The notes: a model not told the origin generated them from the letters alone. A stretch of 55,948 nucleotides of DNA from Octopus bimaculoides (GCF_001194135.2 NC_068997.1:54181168-54237115), one strand, 5' to 3'. Positions 40,040 to 52,841 are shown, numbered from the stretch's first letter. Numbers and translations are program-made.

Positions 40040-40076
40040 TCTTTCTGTTGAAGAGCGTAGCTCGAAACGTCAAAGA
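40040..40076 (+). ncRNA. Minimal type I hammerhead ribozyme-like motif (Penelope-type), possibly inactive
   Basis: TCTTT-CTGTTGA-A-GAGC-GTA-GCTC-GAAACGTC-AAAGA gives a 5-bp helix I, a 4-bp helix II, a palindromic ACGT helix III and a GUC site. It deviates from the consensus core at A6 (U here) and by one extra A after A9. Confidence 0.55.
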
Positions 40077-40168
40077 CTTTCCGTATTCCCGAGCGTCATA
40101 CTAATATATACTTTTGTTATTTACACCACCTGTCCTCGTCTGTTGTTATTTTTTGTATAATCTCTCCC

Positions 40169-40202
<34 letters not shown>

Positions 40203-40582
40203 ATATGTATGTATATGTATATATGTAACCATACGCACGTATGTCTATCTGTCTATGTCTCTCTCTCCATATATGTATATATGGTTACTTTGTGTTGTGT
40301 ACAACAGTAATATAAATATGTTCAATAAAATTTTGTTTGCTGCTTGTAGAATATTTTATGTTAATTAATAACAGTCGATGATTACAAATTCCAAATCATT
40401 GTTCCGTGACATCTGTCCACCAATCACGTCATCGGATTTCAAGGTGGGAAGGTTGCCATGTTTGCAAGTCTACAGACCGCAGAACGAATGAAAACATCGT
40501 TGCACTACATTTTAACCTTTTACCATTCACACACATGCACATACAAATACGCATACAGACACATACGTGCGCACACAAACAG

Positions 40583-40632
<50 letters not shown>

Positions 40633-40952
40633 AATTTTTGCCAGGCAATTGTGTTTTGATAGAGTGTATTATTTGCAGATGAGCAAATATTTCTTGCAAT
40701 TGTTCATAGCTGAGGGCATTGATCGTTCTGTGCAATATACTGATCTTAGACGGACGATGCCTTAAAGTTTTACAGAACCCGTTGTATCTATATATGCGTA
40801 TATANNNNNNNNNNNNNNNNNNNNNNNNNNNNNNNNNNNNNNNNNNNNNNNNNNNNNNNNNNNNNNNNNNNNNNTATATATATATATATATATATATATA
40901 CATACATACATACATACATACATACATACATACATACATACATACAAACAAA

Positions 40953-41060
40953 CAATACCTTGTTGTTGATGTTGAAATTGCAATGAAGGAGCCTTGGATC
41001 TAAGTTAGAAACCGATTCTTTTTCTATTGGTAAGAAATCTTGAAATAAACTGAATAATGA
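40953..41060 (+). mobile_element. ~110-bp (CATA)n-associated element, copy 3
   Basis: caataccttgttgttgatgttgaaattgcaatgaaggagccttggatctaagttagaaaccgattc...aagaaatcttgaaataaactgaataatga, preceded by (CATA)n and followed by CATAC. Confidence 0.9.
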
Positions 41061-41342
41061 CATACTTGCATAAATACATACATGTCCTTACTATTATGTT
41101 AAACTGTCGTATGTCCAAATTTGGCCAAATGCTTTTTTTTTTTTTCAATATTCATTTTTGCTTGCAATAGCCTGTTCTTTTGGTCAAACTATCTCCAGCT
41201 GCTTCAGATGCCAAGATATCGACAATTGTCAAAATGTAGTACATTGGCTTTCATATGGAATGGTGAAACTATTTTTCCGCTTTCTGATAAGACCCCGTTT
41301 TGGACTTACGATACTTTTGCATAATAGCAACGATACATATTG

Positions 41343-41437
41343 ACTCACAGGGCTCTGGCCGTCCCGAGACTATAGTAGAAGTCACTTACCCGCGCAGTGA
41401 GACTGAACCCAGAGCCACTTAGTCACACAGCCACACC
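41343..41437 (-). mobile_element. tRNA-derived CORE-type SINE (family B, OR-like), deleted copy
   Basis: The reverse complement gtggctgtgtgactaagtggctctgggttcagtctcactgcgcgggtaagtgacttctactatagtctcgggacggccagagccctgtgagtca has a B-box-like GGTTCAGTC and a CORE-like segment. The family name is from memory and unverified. Confidence 0.7.
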
Positions 41438-41484
41438 ATTATTAGCATATCAGCATTGTCTCTATCGTATTTGTTAAGAAAATA

Positions 41485-41698
41485 ATCTTTTCCACGATAG
41501 GCACAAGGCCTGAAATTTAGGGGAGAGGGGTAGTCGATTACATCGACCCCAGTACTCTACTGGTACTTAATTCATCGACCCCGAAAGCAGGGACGGCAAA
41601 GTCAAATTCGACGGAATTTGAACTCAGAACGTAATGACCAGCGAAATACCGCTATGCCTTTTGCCCGGCGTGCTAACCACTCTGCCAGCTCGCCGGTT
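41485..41698 (-). mobile_element. Full-length family A SINE with a perfect 17-bp TSD
   Basis: TATTTGTTAAGAAAATA at 41468-41484 and 41699-41715 brackets a complete head, core and tail copy. Confidence 0.95.
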
Positions 41699-42029
41699 TA
41701 TTTGTTAAGAAAATATTATAAGTGATTGAATGATATTGATCCGTAATAGATTAATGTGTTTTTTTTTGTCTTTGTGCATGAAGATGTTAATGTTTCTTGT
41801 ATTAAAATTACAGACTATTACTTAATATTCCTGAACCGTCTTTCTCGCTTCCAAATGGCCTATTACGAACAATGCAATGACAAAATAATTATGGCTTCTC
41901 TGCGGCTCTACTGATAAAGCTCTCTTCAACAAAATAATGATGTATATATATATATTTAACACCAATAAAATCATTTTCAAATTATGACATAATTGATTGT
42001 TTTTATTCTGTGGCTATTAACAGAGGTGT

Positions 42030-42200
42030 AGATGCAGTATGACCCAATGGTAAAGAGGTTCGCTTCACAACTACAAGGTGCCAGGTTCAAATCCACTGAA
42101 TTACAGTTTAGACAAAAGTCATTTTCCTCAGCCACCGTTTAATCCATAAACTGAGAAAGAAATTAGGAAGTCGGAAACCGTACACAAGCCCACCGGTTGG
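42030..42200 (+). mobile_element. Degenerate tRNA-derived SINE (family B-like)
   Basis: gcagtatgacccaatggtaaagaggttcgcttcacaactacaaggtgccaggttcaaatccactg is a tRNA-like head with B-box GGTTCAAATCC. Downstream, gtcggaaaccgtacacaagccc resembles the family B body. Confidence 0.55.
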
Positions 42201-42769
42201 GTTTTTCTGATGGTTCAAAATGTACAGTCTTATCTTACAATGTATCACGAAGGTTGCCTCAGAGAATTACGCTAGGGCTACACGTGTTTTGGAATACTCA
42301 ACCACTTGCACGTCGAGGAAGTTGCCGTCCCAGGAACACTCTTAAACCATAGTCCACACTGTAGTCACTGCAGAACCTAAGTTACTCTTAAAATTGCTTT
42401 TTTAGGTTAACTTCTAAATATTTAGAATTGTTCATGGCTTGTTTGGTCGATCTCATATATTTTAATAGATTGATTGTGTGGAAACTGTTTCAACTCACTG
42501 CTTCTCATTCGAACGTATCATATTAAATATTTTTTATTAGTATTTTTTCATAAACTCTTTATTTTTCATTTGCTACCATTTATTATTTGTCTTTCTTTCT
42601 TTTCTATCACTCACCGAGTATCGCTCTTTCTCTTTCTCCTTCTCTCCTTTTCCACCCTTCCCCCTCTCTCTTTCTTGTTCCTCTCTTTCTCTCTCCCTCT
42701 CGCTTATTCGCAATGTACGTATACCTTCAAGCATCCGCTCATGCACAAACACACATAGATAAGACAAAG

Positions 42770-42822
<53 letters not shown>

Positions 42823-42857
42823 TATGTAAATAGGTAGATATATAGAGAGATACTATT

Positions 42858-42897
<40 letters not shown>

Positions 42898-42947
42898 AAT
42901 AGATAGATAGATAGAAAGATAAATATGTATATAGATAGGTAGATATG

Positions 42948-43012
<65 letters not shown>

Positions 43013-43015
43013 TAT
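42770..43015. repeat. (GATA)n/(GA)n compound microsatellite
   Basis: Directly visible. Confidence 0.95.
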
Positions 43016-43039
43016 AGAATTACGATGAGCCCTTCCGCT

Positions 43040-43758
43040 GTTAATTTTATCCAAGGCCTCGGCAACATTAGACATCACCTGGGCGTACTCCGTCTGGAAG
43101 CTGACGTCAGAATCAGTGAAGGTCTGCAGCTTCAGCTGTGTCACCGCTCTGTGGACAGCTGCCTTATTCTTCTCCAGCAGATTGTAGTCTTCCATCTAGT
43201 ACTGTCGGGGACTACCAGCCTTGGCCTCTCTTTTATCCCTTAACGTAAAGACAAAGTAGTCCTTCACGTGAGGCTAATGGTTCTGAGACTCCAGGCTCTC
43301 AATCTGAGCGACTTCGGCTTCACCCACAACCGTTGCAGGTCGAACTAAAACGTTTTGGCCTTCCATAGCGATGAGCGATAACCTGATAAACAGACAACGT
43401 ACACTGCTGTCGCTGATACTGTAAGACTGTCTGTAATGTGACAGCGTCGTAAGTGAACACAACTTCAAACAGCAGAATTGCACAATGCTGCTCAGCTAAC
43501 TGTTGCTGCGTCGACAAATCATGTCTTGTCAGGTGTACACATAATCAGCTAGTAGCTTGCTTGACGGTTTCTTCGAAATACGCCCACGACAAACGTATGA
43601 CTTTTGTTAGCGGACCTAAAGTTAACGGGACATAATTTAGCGGCAGCTAATTTTTCCGCTAACGGTTTCCAAAGATAGCATAAAAGCTAATCTGCTACAG
43701 AAAAAGTTAGCTTTGATCATTGGCTGTTAGCGGATTAGCGGAACTGTGTCCACCACTG
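43040..43758 (-). mobile_element. Internally deleted hAT DNA transposon (one terminus plus transposase fragments)
   Basis: The minus-strand terminus is CAGTGGTGGACACAGTTCCGCTAATCCGCTAAC, with many GCTAA/TTAGC subterminal repeats (43605-43745). The protein begins MEGQN...NH*PHVKDYF and jumps near 43225 to LVVPDSTRW (TRWNS-like) and FQTEYAQVMSNVAEALDKI (hAT core). Confidence 0.8.
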
Positions 43759-43790
43759 CCTATTGTTTTCGTACACATGCAAACACACAC

Positions 43791-43832
<42 letters not shown>

Positions 43833-44807
43833 TGTGTGTGTGTGTGTGCTTGTGTGTGTGTGTGTATACGAAAACAAACTTATACTTATTTGAACAATGT
43901 CCACACTCCGCCTTGCTTGCTTTTGTCCAGTTATATATTTCATGAGTAGAGGAATAATTTAGTTACATATTTACGTGTAATTGGGATGATCTAGATAGCC
44001 ATACTACACTCACACAACATTAAATACATACACACACATACACATACATATGCACGCGCAATTACACACACGCATGCATTCTCACGCGCACACACCCGCA
44101 CGGATAAATACGTATCTGCGCACACACACTCGTACGCACGCACATACACATGCCCGCACGCATACACACATCCGTTCGCACACGCACATACGGTCTCACG
44201 CCCCTCTCTCGCCCGCACACGCATTCACACATGTGATGTTATAGATATGAAAGATTAAAAATGGCTATACAGATAAACACACTTAGAGCGGCAACTATAG
44301 AATGACAGAGAGATAGAGAACAGGAGAGAGAATGAGAGAGAGACAGAGAGAGTAGGATGATGCAAGGGGAGGCAAGAATGATAAATTAAAGCTTCAATAT
44401 TTTGAATGAGGTTGTTAAAGAGTCGTTAGAGATGATCTGAATGGTGAAACTTCAAAGCTAATTGGTTCGACACACAGATTACATCGTTCAGTTAACAAGT
44501 TTGCATGTTACTAAAATAACGAAAGATATTCCCTACTTGACGTCGACGACGCTACTTGGGATGTGACTTCGTATCAACTGTTAGGGTAACGTGAACTCCT
44601 TCTTCCCGCTATCCATATTAGCTAGCATTTTTAATGATCTATGATCACGTGGATATGAGGCTATTGGCTCGATTGCGTTCATAGTCAGAAGATATTTATA
44701 TGTATATAAATTTGTTTATTCGATATGGATATATATATATATATATATATATATAGANNNNNNNNNNATAGAGAGAGAGAGAGAGAGAGAGAGAATGAGA
44801 GAGATTT

Positions 44808-44836
44808 CCGATAGAATAAGCACCAGGCTTTAAAAG

Positions 44837-44905
<69 letters not shown>
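44808..44905 (+). repeat. Family B 3' fragment followed by (AAT)n
   Basis: ccgatagaataagcaccaggctttaaaa matches the inverted segment near 46530-46570. The (AAT)n array follows immediately. Confidence 0.55.
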
Positions 44906-46439
44906 GCTTCTCCTAGACGCACCGCTACAGCAACATGTGCGTAAAAATCTAAAATAATGGACTGTAATATTACTATACGAAAACTGCAAACCTGTGAGTA
45001 AAATTTTGAATTTTAAATTTTAATTATTTATACATACATATTTATATAAGATCTCTAAATACATGCATATAGTTGCTCTTCGTGGCGGTCTCTCACTGAT
45101 ACCTCAATAATAATTATGACTACGAAAATTCAGATTCATTCCACGGTTTAACATTCAGGAGAGCAATAGAAATGGAAGCATAAATTTCGAAGATAATAGA
45201 TACGGTGAAATGTGTAGAGTGAAGAATTAAGATATAATTCTCTCTTTACTCTCAATAGAAGTGTGACGATTTAAACCGTTGTCACTTTTCGCGGAAGTTG
45301 AAGTTATCTAATTCCTCCGTGAACTCTGTTATTAGTAAACATTTTAACAACTAATGTAAACCGTCATCGAATGCCATGGTTTCCAGATTTTATTCTAAAA
45401 ATAATCATAATTATTACAAACATACATACTATACATCGTCGTCGAAAGAAGGAGAGAAATGGAACGAGTACGAAAAGCCGAATGCTGATGTGAAATGGTA
45501 ACAATGAAACGAACAGAAATACAACATCAATGAGAGGAAATAGAAAATAAAAAACAGCAGATTATTGCTATTATATCATTAATGTTTTCCTGAAATAAAA
45601 TAGCTAACGGTTTACAAAGCCTTTGATACGGCTTAGGCACTGAAATGCGAAACAAATTAATTTTGGCTTTTAGAAATAATTCATAAATTGAGGCAAGTTT
45701 AACCTAAATTTTTAATCGCTTTTATCAGTAAAATCCTAATAATATTTATATTTTGAGAAGAAAAAATTTAAATGAAATACAATTATGGATTTTTATGGGT
45801 TCTAAAAACCCTTTTCGATTATGTAAATTGTTTGACAAAATAGGCTTAAAAAATCCTTGAACCGTTATATATTGAAACAAGGATTATAATGGGTAAACAT
45901 TTGAAGTGATTGATATAACCAATTTATATTCGGTGACCTGGCCTTACCGTTTAAGGAGCGTCTAGTGTGTAGTGAATATACATATTACTGTTTTTGTGTC
46001 AAGTTTTATATAGGAACCATTTAACATTGAAGCTAAGGATTATTCAACACTTTATTGTAGAGGACATAGATTTTAGGAAAATGTTACCAGTGCTTTCAAA
46101 GTTTCTGGCTTCTCTCGCCAGAAGATAGTGGAACGGGTAAAATCCGGGCTACATATTTTAATAGCTAACTTATCCACTCAAATATTTTATCAGGGCAAGA
46201 GGATGGAAGAAATTCATGTTGTCGCTATGGGACAAAAATTATCTTAATGTGTCCGACTGGCTAAAATTGTCTTTATTCATTTGTGCAACTCGAGATGGCA
46301 CGGCATTTAAATTAATGTAATGATTGCATTGCTCAATTAAATGGAGTCGCTTGAAACGGTCGTACTGCTTCACTACTCGATATCTTGTTGCTTATTTTGA
46401 TTTTATACACACATACATACACTCACACACACATATATT

Positions 46440-46580
46440 ATCTTTTATCTTTTACTTCTTTCAGCCGTTAGACTATGGCGATGCTGGGACAACCCCTTTC
46501 AGAAGTTTTACTCCAGTGAGTCGAACCGAGTAGATTTTTAAATCCTGGTACTTGCTCTGTCGGTCTTTTTTCCCAAACTG
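46440..46580 (-). mobile_element. 3' portion of a family B (OR-like) SINE
   Basis: The reverse complement is aaaagaccgacagagcaagtaccaggatttaaaa...ccagcatcgccatagtctaacggctgaaagaagtaaaagataaaa. It shares a block with 44808-44838. The family assignment is from memory. Confidence 0.6.
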
Positions 46581-46715
46581 CTCTACCAACACATATTTCC
46601 TTCCACGCATTTGTTTTGAATGAAAAATCCCTCCTTTTAGAAAATGATTATGTTGTTTTCTTTTTAACATGATTTTGTATTTCAAATACACTACTTTCTC
46701 TTTGTAGGTGTGTAC

Positions 46716-46767
<52 letters not shown>

Positions 46768-47653
46768 GCACACCACACACACGCATGTATACATACTTGC
46801 ATATATGAATCAAAGAGAAAATGTTCGTAGCAACTTTGAAGGGCCATCCTTTGATTGACTTTGTCAGACGTCGTGTTCTGTTATCTAAATATTAGTTGTA
46901 TTTTGTAACAAATAGAAAACGTATCAAAGTCTTCGTTTGTATTTCTCACCACTGAATCTATACGGTTAGGCACCAGTGTCTTTTTAATTCCACAGGACAA
47001 TACATTTATCTCTTTTACCAGAAACCCAGAGCACTGGCGCCGACGTATAATAGAAACTTGCAGAGAGGTTCCTGGTGCTATATCTGCCAATCTAGACCTC
47101 CGTACACTGATCGCCGGTACGGTTCAGATTCAGTAGGAGAGCAAGCTCATGTTTTGGGGATCTTCCTCTTCACGGATTTACAGCGCAAACTCACCACCCA
47201 TTGATTCGAGGATCCACCAATTGGATCCACTGATTTATTCGATCTTAACACCATCTCAGATCAACAGCACATTTCAAACGGTGAAATCCTACAGGTCTGG
47301 CTTGCCCTACTGGCTAACAAGTACCTGGTTCACATTTATAATCATTTCTTCAAACAGCTTCATCATACTCCATTTTCAGTCAGAAAATGGCGCCGATTGA
47401 TAACAGACGCTCGTCTTAGTCTGGCCCCAACAAAACTTAAACATTTCACTTTTATAGAAAGTCAGAACACTACTTCCATCGCAGAATATAAATATAATTA
47501 ATTCTGGGTATTGGTGCCTCCATCTGTTAGCCAGTTTCTGGAAATTTATACACGAATAATATCATTACTTCAAATAATTTACTTCGAAAATCTGATAAAT
47601 ACAAAGAGTGGCATGGCGATTGGGTTTTCAGGATATACCTTTAACGCCCTTAT

Positions 47654-47736
<83 letters not shown>

Positions 47737-48308
47737 NNNNNNNNNNTGTTCATGTGTGTGTGTGTGGAGGTTCGGATGTGTATGTGTTTACGTGTATTTG
47801 CATATGGCGATATACATGTAATTTATTTTGTTTATATATTTCCCGTATTTCCTCTTCCCCCCATCACAACATCGTTTTTTTTATTTAATTTCTTTTCGTA
47901 AATATTGGATTAGCAAATTTAATAAAATATTCGTTTGAAGAGATACAATACCTCATCATCAGCTTCCACTTCTTTCTCTTCCTCCTCTTTCGAATGCAAA
48001 CTAAACTGAAACCTCTCTTTCCTTCTCCACGTCTCTCTCTCTCTCTCTTTCACAATACAAACAAGCATACACATAGTATACACATATGCGTATACACGTA
48101 CATGCATATATATATATATACATATATATTTGTATCTATTCATGCATACATACATGTACACATACGCATGCACACACACGCATACATAGACAGAAACACA
48201 CAATGACCACAAAACACTATAATATGCTCAATAAATGAGTGCGTAAATATAGAAACATAAACATTATATTCAAGCATAATTAGTGGAAATAATAGAATGG
48301 AGTATGTG

Positions 48309-48403
<95 letters not shown>

Positions 48404-49599
48404 GCATGTTTACCTTTGCCCAAATGTATATATATACATACATATAGTCATATATATATTTGTACACACACACACAGCAAGATTATATACAAACATATAT
48501 AGATTCATATACATGCGCAAAATATATGTGTGCGTATGTTTAACTTTATTGTATGAATTTGTTTCCCTTCTTACGTAAACAGACACAGACACACTCATCC
48601 ATACGTACGTGCGTGTATTATTTATGTACACTCACATGTTTATACATACAGACAGACAGAGAGACAGACAGACATAGTCACATAAATATACACATACATA
48701 TGTCTCTGTGTATACGTATTTAAATTTACCCTTTTATTGTGTATCCTCAAACACCCACATTCATACATGAGTACATAAGCATACACACACACACACTCAT
48801 ACACACAACCCACCACACATACACACACATACACACGCATCGCACGCACATATTTGTATCTGTTTCAGTGTGTGTATATATTTGTGTGCATATCCATGTG
48901 TGTATGTATGTGCGTCTACGTGTATGTGTGTGAACGCATGTTTAACTGTAAACAGACATTGAAGCCTCCGTATATTACTTCCGAATTATTTCCAGTATTC
49001 AACACTTTATCTTCTTTGTCAACATTAAAAACAAAATATCGTTCACATATTTTCTATATGTTTTCAAGTATTTATTTATTCATATAATCAACTTCACTGT
49101 TTGACTTGTTTAGCCTATCTCGTAAATCTCATTCGCTGTCGCATGTAATGTATTATTCATTGTTAGCACGTTACCACGTTTCGCAAAATGGCCGCCATCA
49201 AATTTTTGCTTGAAATCTCTTCTATTGTTGAATGTTATTACAATATAAAAGACTGACGAGAGAAAAAATACCTGCTGTCGCCTGCTGCATGGAATCTTTA
49301 TAGTAAAGGTGATTACTGGCTTACGTGATGTGGTAACCTAAGACATTTCTTTTTAATTAAAATTAATCGTTAATGAAATATTATTGTGCATTTTCTATTG
49401 GTGCCTCTTTCCGGTGTTCTTTATTCCTTCGAGGGAGTTTACCATTTTCACTGGTAAATTTCTAATCCCTTTTTCATCCCAAGATATTACCTTTTCAGAC
49501 ATTTCCATGGTTGTTGCGCTGTCAAAAATTTCCCTCTTCTAGCTCTTCTTCAAATCGCAGATATAATAATCGGCCTTTCTACAACTCATCATTTTGTTA

Positions 49600-49830
49600 C
49601 ACCTGGTGGCTCCCTCGCATGCGAATTGCGAGAGGTCCTTCGATTCGATTAGCTTCTTTCCCCGGTTTTCTTTCTTGTAAAAGCGTCTTCCTTCTGTTTG
49701 ATTCCAAGATAAATATGGCCAGTTTTTTTGTTGTATATCGGGTAGATCATTATGCAAACAAGGAAGACACACTCACAGGTTCTATTTCAATCCCTTTTGT
49801 TTTTCATTAATTGGTTAACTGTTTGACCAT
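49600..49830 (-). mobile_element. Possible inverted 3' continuation of the Gypsy integrase region
   Basis: The frameshifted minus strand gives (N)QLMKNK, EIEPVSV and EGRRFYKKENRG, resembling the HxNQL..EEPM..RR tail of Mag/K02A2.6-like integrases. Weak. Confidence 0.35.
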
Positions 49831-49889
49831 TTAACTAATTGACACTTTATTCAACAATTTGGTTATTCAATCAAGATAACGTTTTGCTC

Positions 49890-50330
49890 GATGGTGAGTT
49901 CCATCCAGACGCAATAGTATCGGACAATGGAAAACAGTTTACTGGATGCGAGTTCAAGAAGTTCTGTAAAATGCATGCGATCAAGCACATCTTTAACCCT
50001 CCCGACCACCCGAGGTCACGTGGGCAAGCAGAACGATTCGTAGATACTTTCAAGCGAGCGCTATAAAAATCAAAGCACGAATTAAGAAATAACGAAGCAC
50101 TAATTAAATTCTTAAAGGTGATCAAAATAACGCTCAACCCGGATACCAACTCAGTGATGTCGCCTGTAGAGGAAAAGTTCGTTCGAAAGATTGAATTGAT
50201 CTTCGACAAATTGTTGTCGAAATAAAAAAACGTATATCGAAAATATATTTTAAAAATCACAGATGATTTGTACCTGGAATGAAAATTGAAAATGTTTTTG
50301 AAAATAGGGAAATTAGAAGATGTCGCTGTT
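49890..50330 (+). pseudogene. Ty3/Gypsy LTR-retrotransposon integrase relic (Mag / K02A2.6-like)
   Basis: HPDAIVSDNGKQFTGCEFKKFCKMHAIKHIFNPPDHPRSRGQAERFVDTFKRAL* has D(35)E spacing and continues in frame as ...FLKVIKITLNPDTNSVMSPVEEKFVRKIELIFDKLL*. No LTRs identified. Confidence 0.92.
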
Positions 50331-50424
50331 GACCGCTACAGCCTTTCTTGTCTTTAGTAGCCATATGACATCTACATATTTAAGACTGCGGCACGTCGCA
50401 CCTTGAAAAAACCTGCCCTAACAA

Positions 50425-50490
50425 TCTATCAGTTCACCGTCGCCCTGAACTTTACTTATCGATCTTTGAAGGATGAAAGGTAAATTTGCT
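50425..50490 (-). mobile_element. Family A SINE core fragment
   Basis: acttatcgatctttgaaggatgaaaggtaaa matches the reverse-complemented core. Confidence 0.45.
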
Positions 50491-50963
50491 TACTGAAAAG
50501 CCAGGTACTCTTTTTGGTTTAGATATAATCATTTTTAATCCGATCACGATGTTTTAATTGAATGTGGTTAATTATGGTATTTAAAACTTTGGAAATAATT
50601 AGATGCTGTCTTTTTATATGAGTGAATTCAGGGAGCTCCTACGTGATCTGTTGGCTTTACTAAATATAGCAGTCAAAAATGAAGGACGGACATACTGTGC
50701 AGTGTTTCCTAGAAACATTGTGTCCGAATAAAGAACTTGTAGTCACGGATGGACTGAATAAAGGACAAAAGACATTTTCCTATCCTCACGTCAAACGCAG
50801 AGATTCCATGACATTGATGCTTTTCTCGCAGCCATTCCCTGTATAAATAAAGTCAACTCTCCTTAGTGAAGAAGCGAAACCCTTTCACAAATTTCACTCT
50901 CCCTAACTTCTTCATATTCTACGCTCCTCATCTCCTTAATTATCCTTATTATACGTCATTCAT

Positions 50964-50983
50964 ATTATTATTATTATTATTAT

Positions 50984-51036
<53 letters not shown>
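50964..51036. repeat. (ATT)n(AGT)n compound microsatellite
   Basis: Directly visible. Confidence 0.95.
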
Positions 51037-52841
51037 TCATCACTGTTGTTACAGAGATTTGTTTTCTTCAGGTTTCTTTTCCTTTCTTATGTTATGCTTT
51101 CTTTTTATTTGTTTTGTCTTTGTTGTTCATGTATATATTTATTCCTTTTTTTAATTTGGTTATTTCTCTTTGGTGTTTGAATTTCCTGTTTCATGTTTCC
51201 TTAACATTGTTGTTTTATTCCTCAGGGTAAATTCTTTGAGTTTTTGCAGGATATTATCTTAAATATCAAATAAGCGATGTGTTAAGTTGTAATTCTTAAG
51301 AAGTCTAATCGATAATACCATCAAATAGATTGACATTTTCAGTATTACTCCGAATTATTTTGTCTATCAGTCGTTATATCGAGTGCTTCGAATTCATTCG
51401 CTCCAGCAGTAATTACGCTGATTATGCATAGTACTTTCCTTCTTTAAGATGTTATGACGAAACGCAGAAGACGACGAAACAGTGAAGCTAATAAGACGAG
51501 TGACTGAATGTTTACGCCCGTCTTTATTCTTCTGATTACCCACTTTATGGAAAGAAACTACGGCTTTGTCTAAGGAATAAAACGCAGTTAGAGTTTAAAA
51601 TTCTGCAGATTAATTATTCGTGCGTTGATTAATAATGAGGTGTTTAAAAGCTGGTCGTAATGAGGTGTTTTAAAATCTGATCGTAAGTCACTCTGTTTAG
51701 GGATTTTAATCTTGTACTTATGAGAAAAAAGATACAGGTGCAATAGCGTTGACAAAATAACGAACAATATGATGACGTGATTGTTTCAATGCTTCAAAGG
51801 CCCTATACTCCAAGGGAGATTTTGGCAATTTCATGGTTATCGTAATTGTATTAGTTGCATGTAAGATAGGCACGAGTCAGTCACGTGACGCAATGAATCG
51901 TTTAGATATCACTGTAATGTATTTACAAGGAACTTCTTAGATGCTGAATTTACTAGAAATAGCAACTAAAAGCTCCATAAAAACACGCAACAGAAGTCTT
52001 TAACAGGATTAAATACTATAGATAATGTAGATCTGGATATATACCCTCAGCTAAGATATAAATATGGCGAGGTCAAGGGTGGAACAATTCCACTACGATG
52101 GGACGAGTGTATAAGGAAAGAGAACGACCTTGTATAATGTCAATGGTTTATATATCTAGTTAATAAAAATCACAGTATGTGTGTATTATGACTAACGCAT
52201 ATACTTTCACAATTCTCAACCGATTTTCACCAAACTTTACGCACACATTACTTATGTCGCAAGAATGGTCATGTACTATAAGCTTACCTATTCTGAGTTA
52301 CTTGAAAGGTGATGTTCCTTTCCCTCTATTGTATTTGTTGATACATTTGTTTACCTTTGATACCGTTGTTTCACTTTAAGAATGCTTATTTACCCATCCA
52401 GTATGATATTTCGACTGTTGTCCATTGTTTCAAATACGTTTTAGCATTGTCGCTTTAGCCCCTTTTAAACAATCACATATGATTAGGAGGTGGTGAGGGA
52501 TAGGCGGTGATGGTGGTCGTCATCGTCGTTGGTGGTGGCGGTGGTGATGATATTATGTGTCCAAGGTCGTTCGTTTTTTTAAGAGGTAGTATAAGATTTT
52601 AGAAGTGATGTAGCTGCTATATCTAGCCGGTCTATTGACTGAATGAAATAGTGCTTCGTTGGTTCGTTTCAAGTATGTTAGCTGAAGTAAGAAACTAACT
52701 TAGCTGTTCGACAGGAAATCCAAACCGATTTGTGCAGTCGTCGTCCTCTCGGAAGTGTATCGTTTGAAGTATGGCGCTTAGCACAGTCTTTTATAATAAT
52801 GGTTCCTAATAAACCATAAACAAAGTCTTTGTATTTGTGTG

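Noticed and set aside
49160-49601. Possible LTR (TG...CA) next to the Gypsy relic
   Set aside because: There is no second copy, no convincing PPT or PBS and no TSD.
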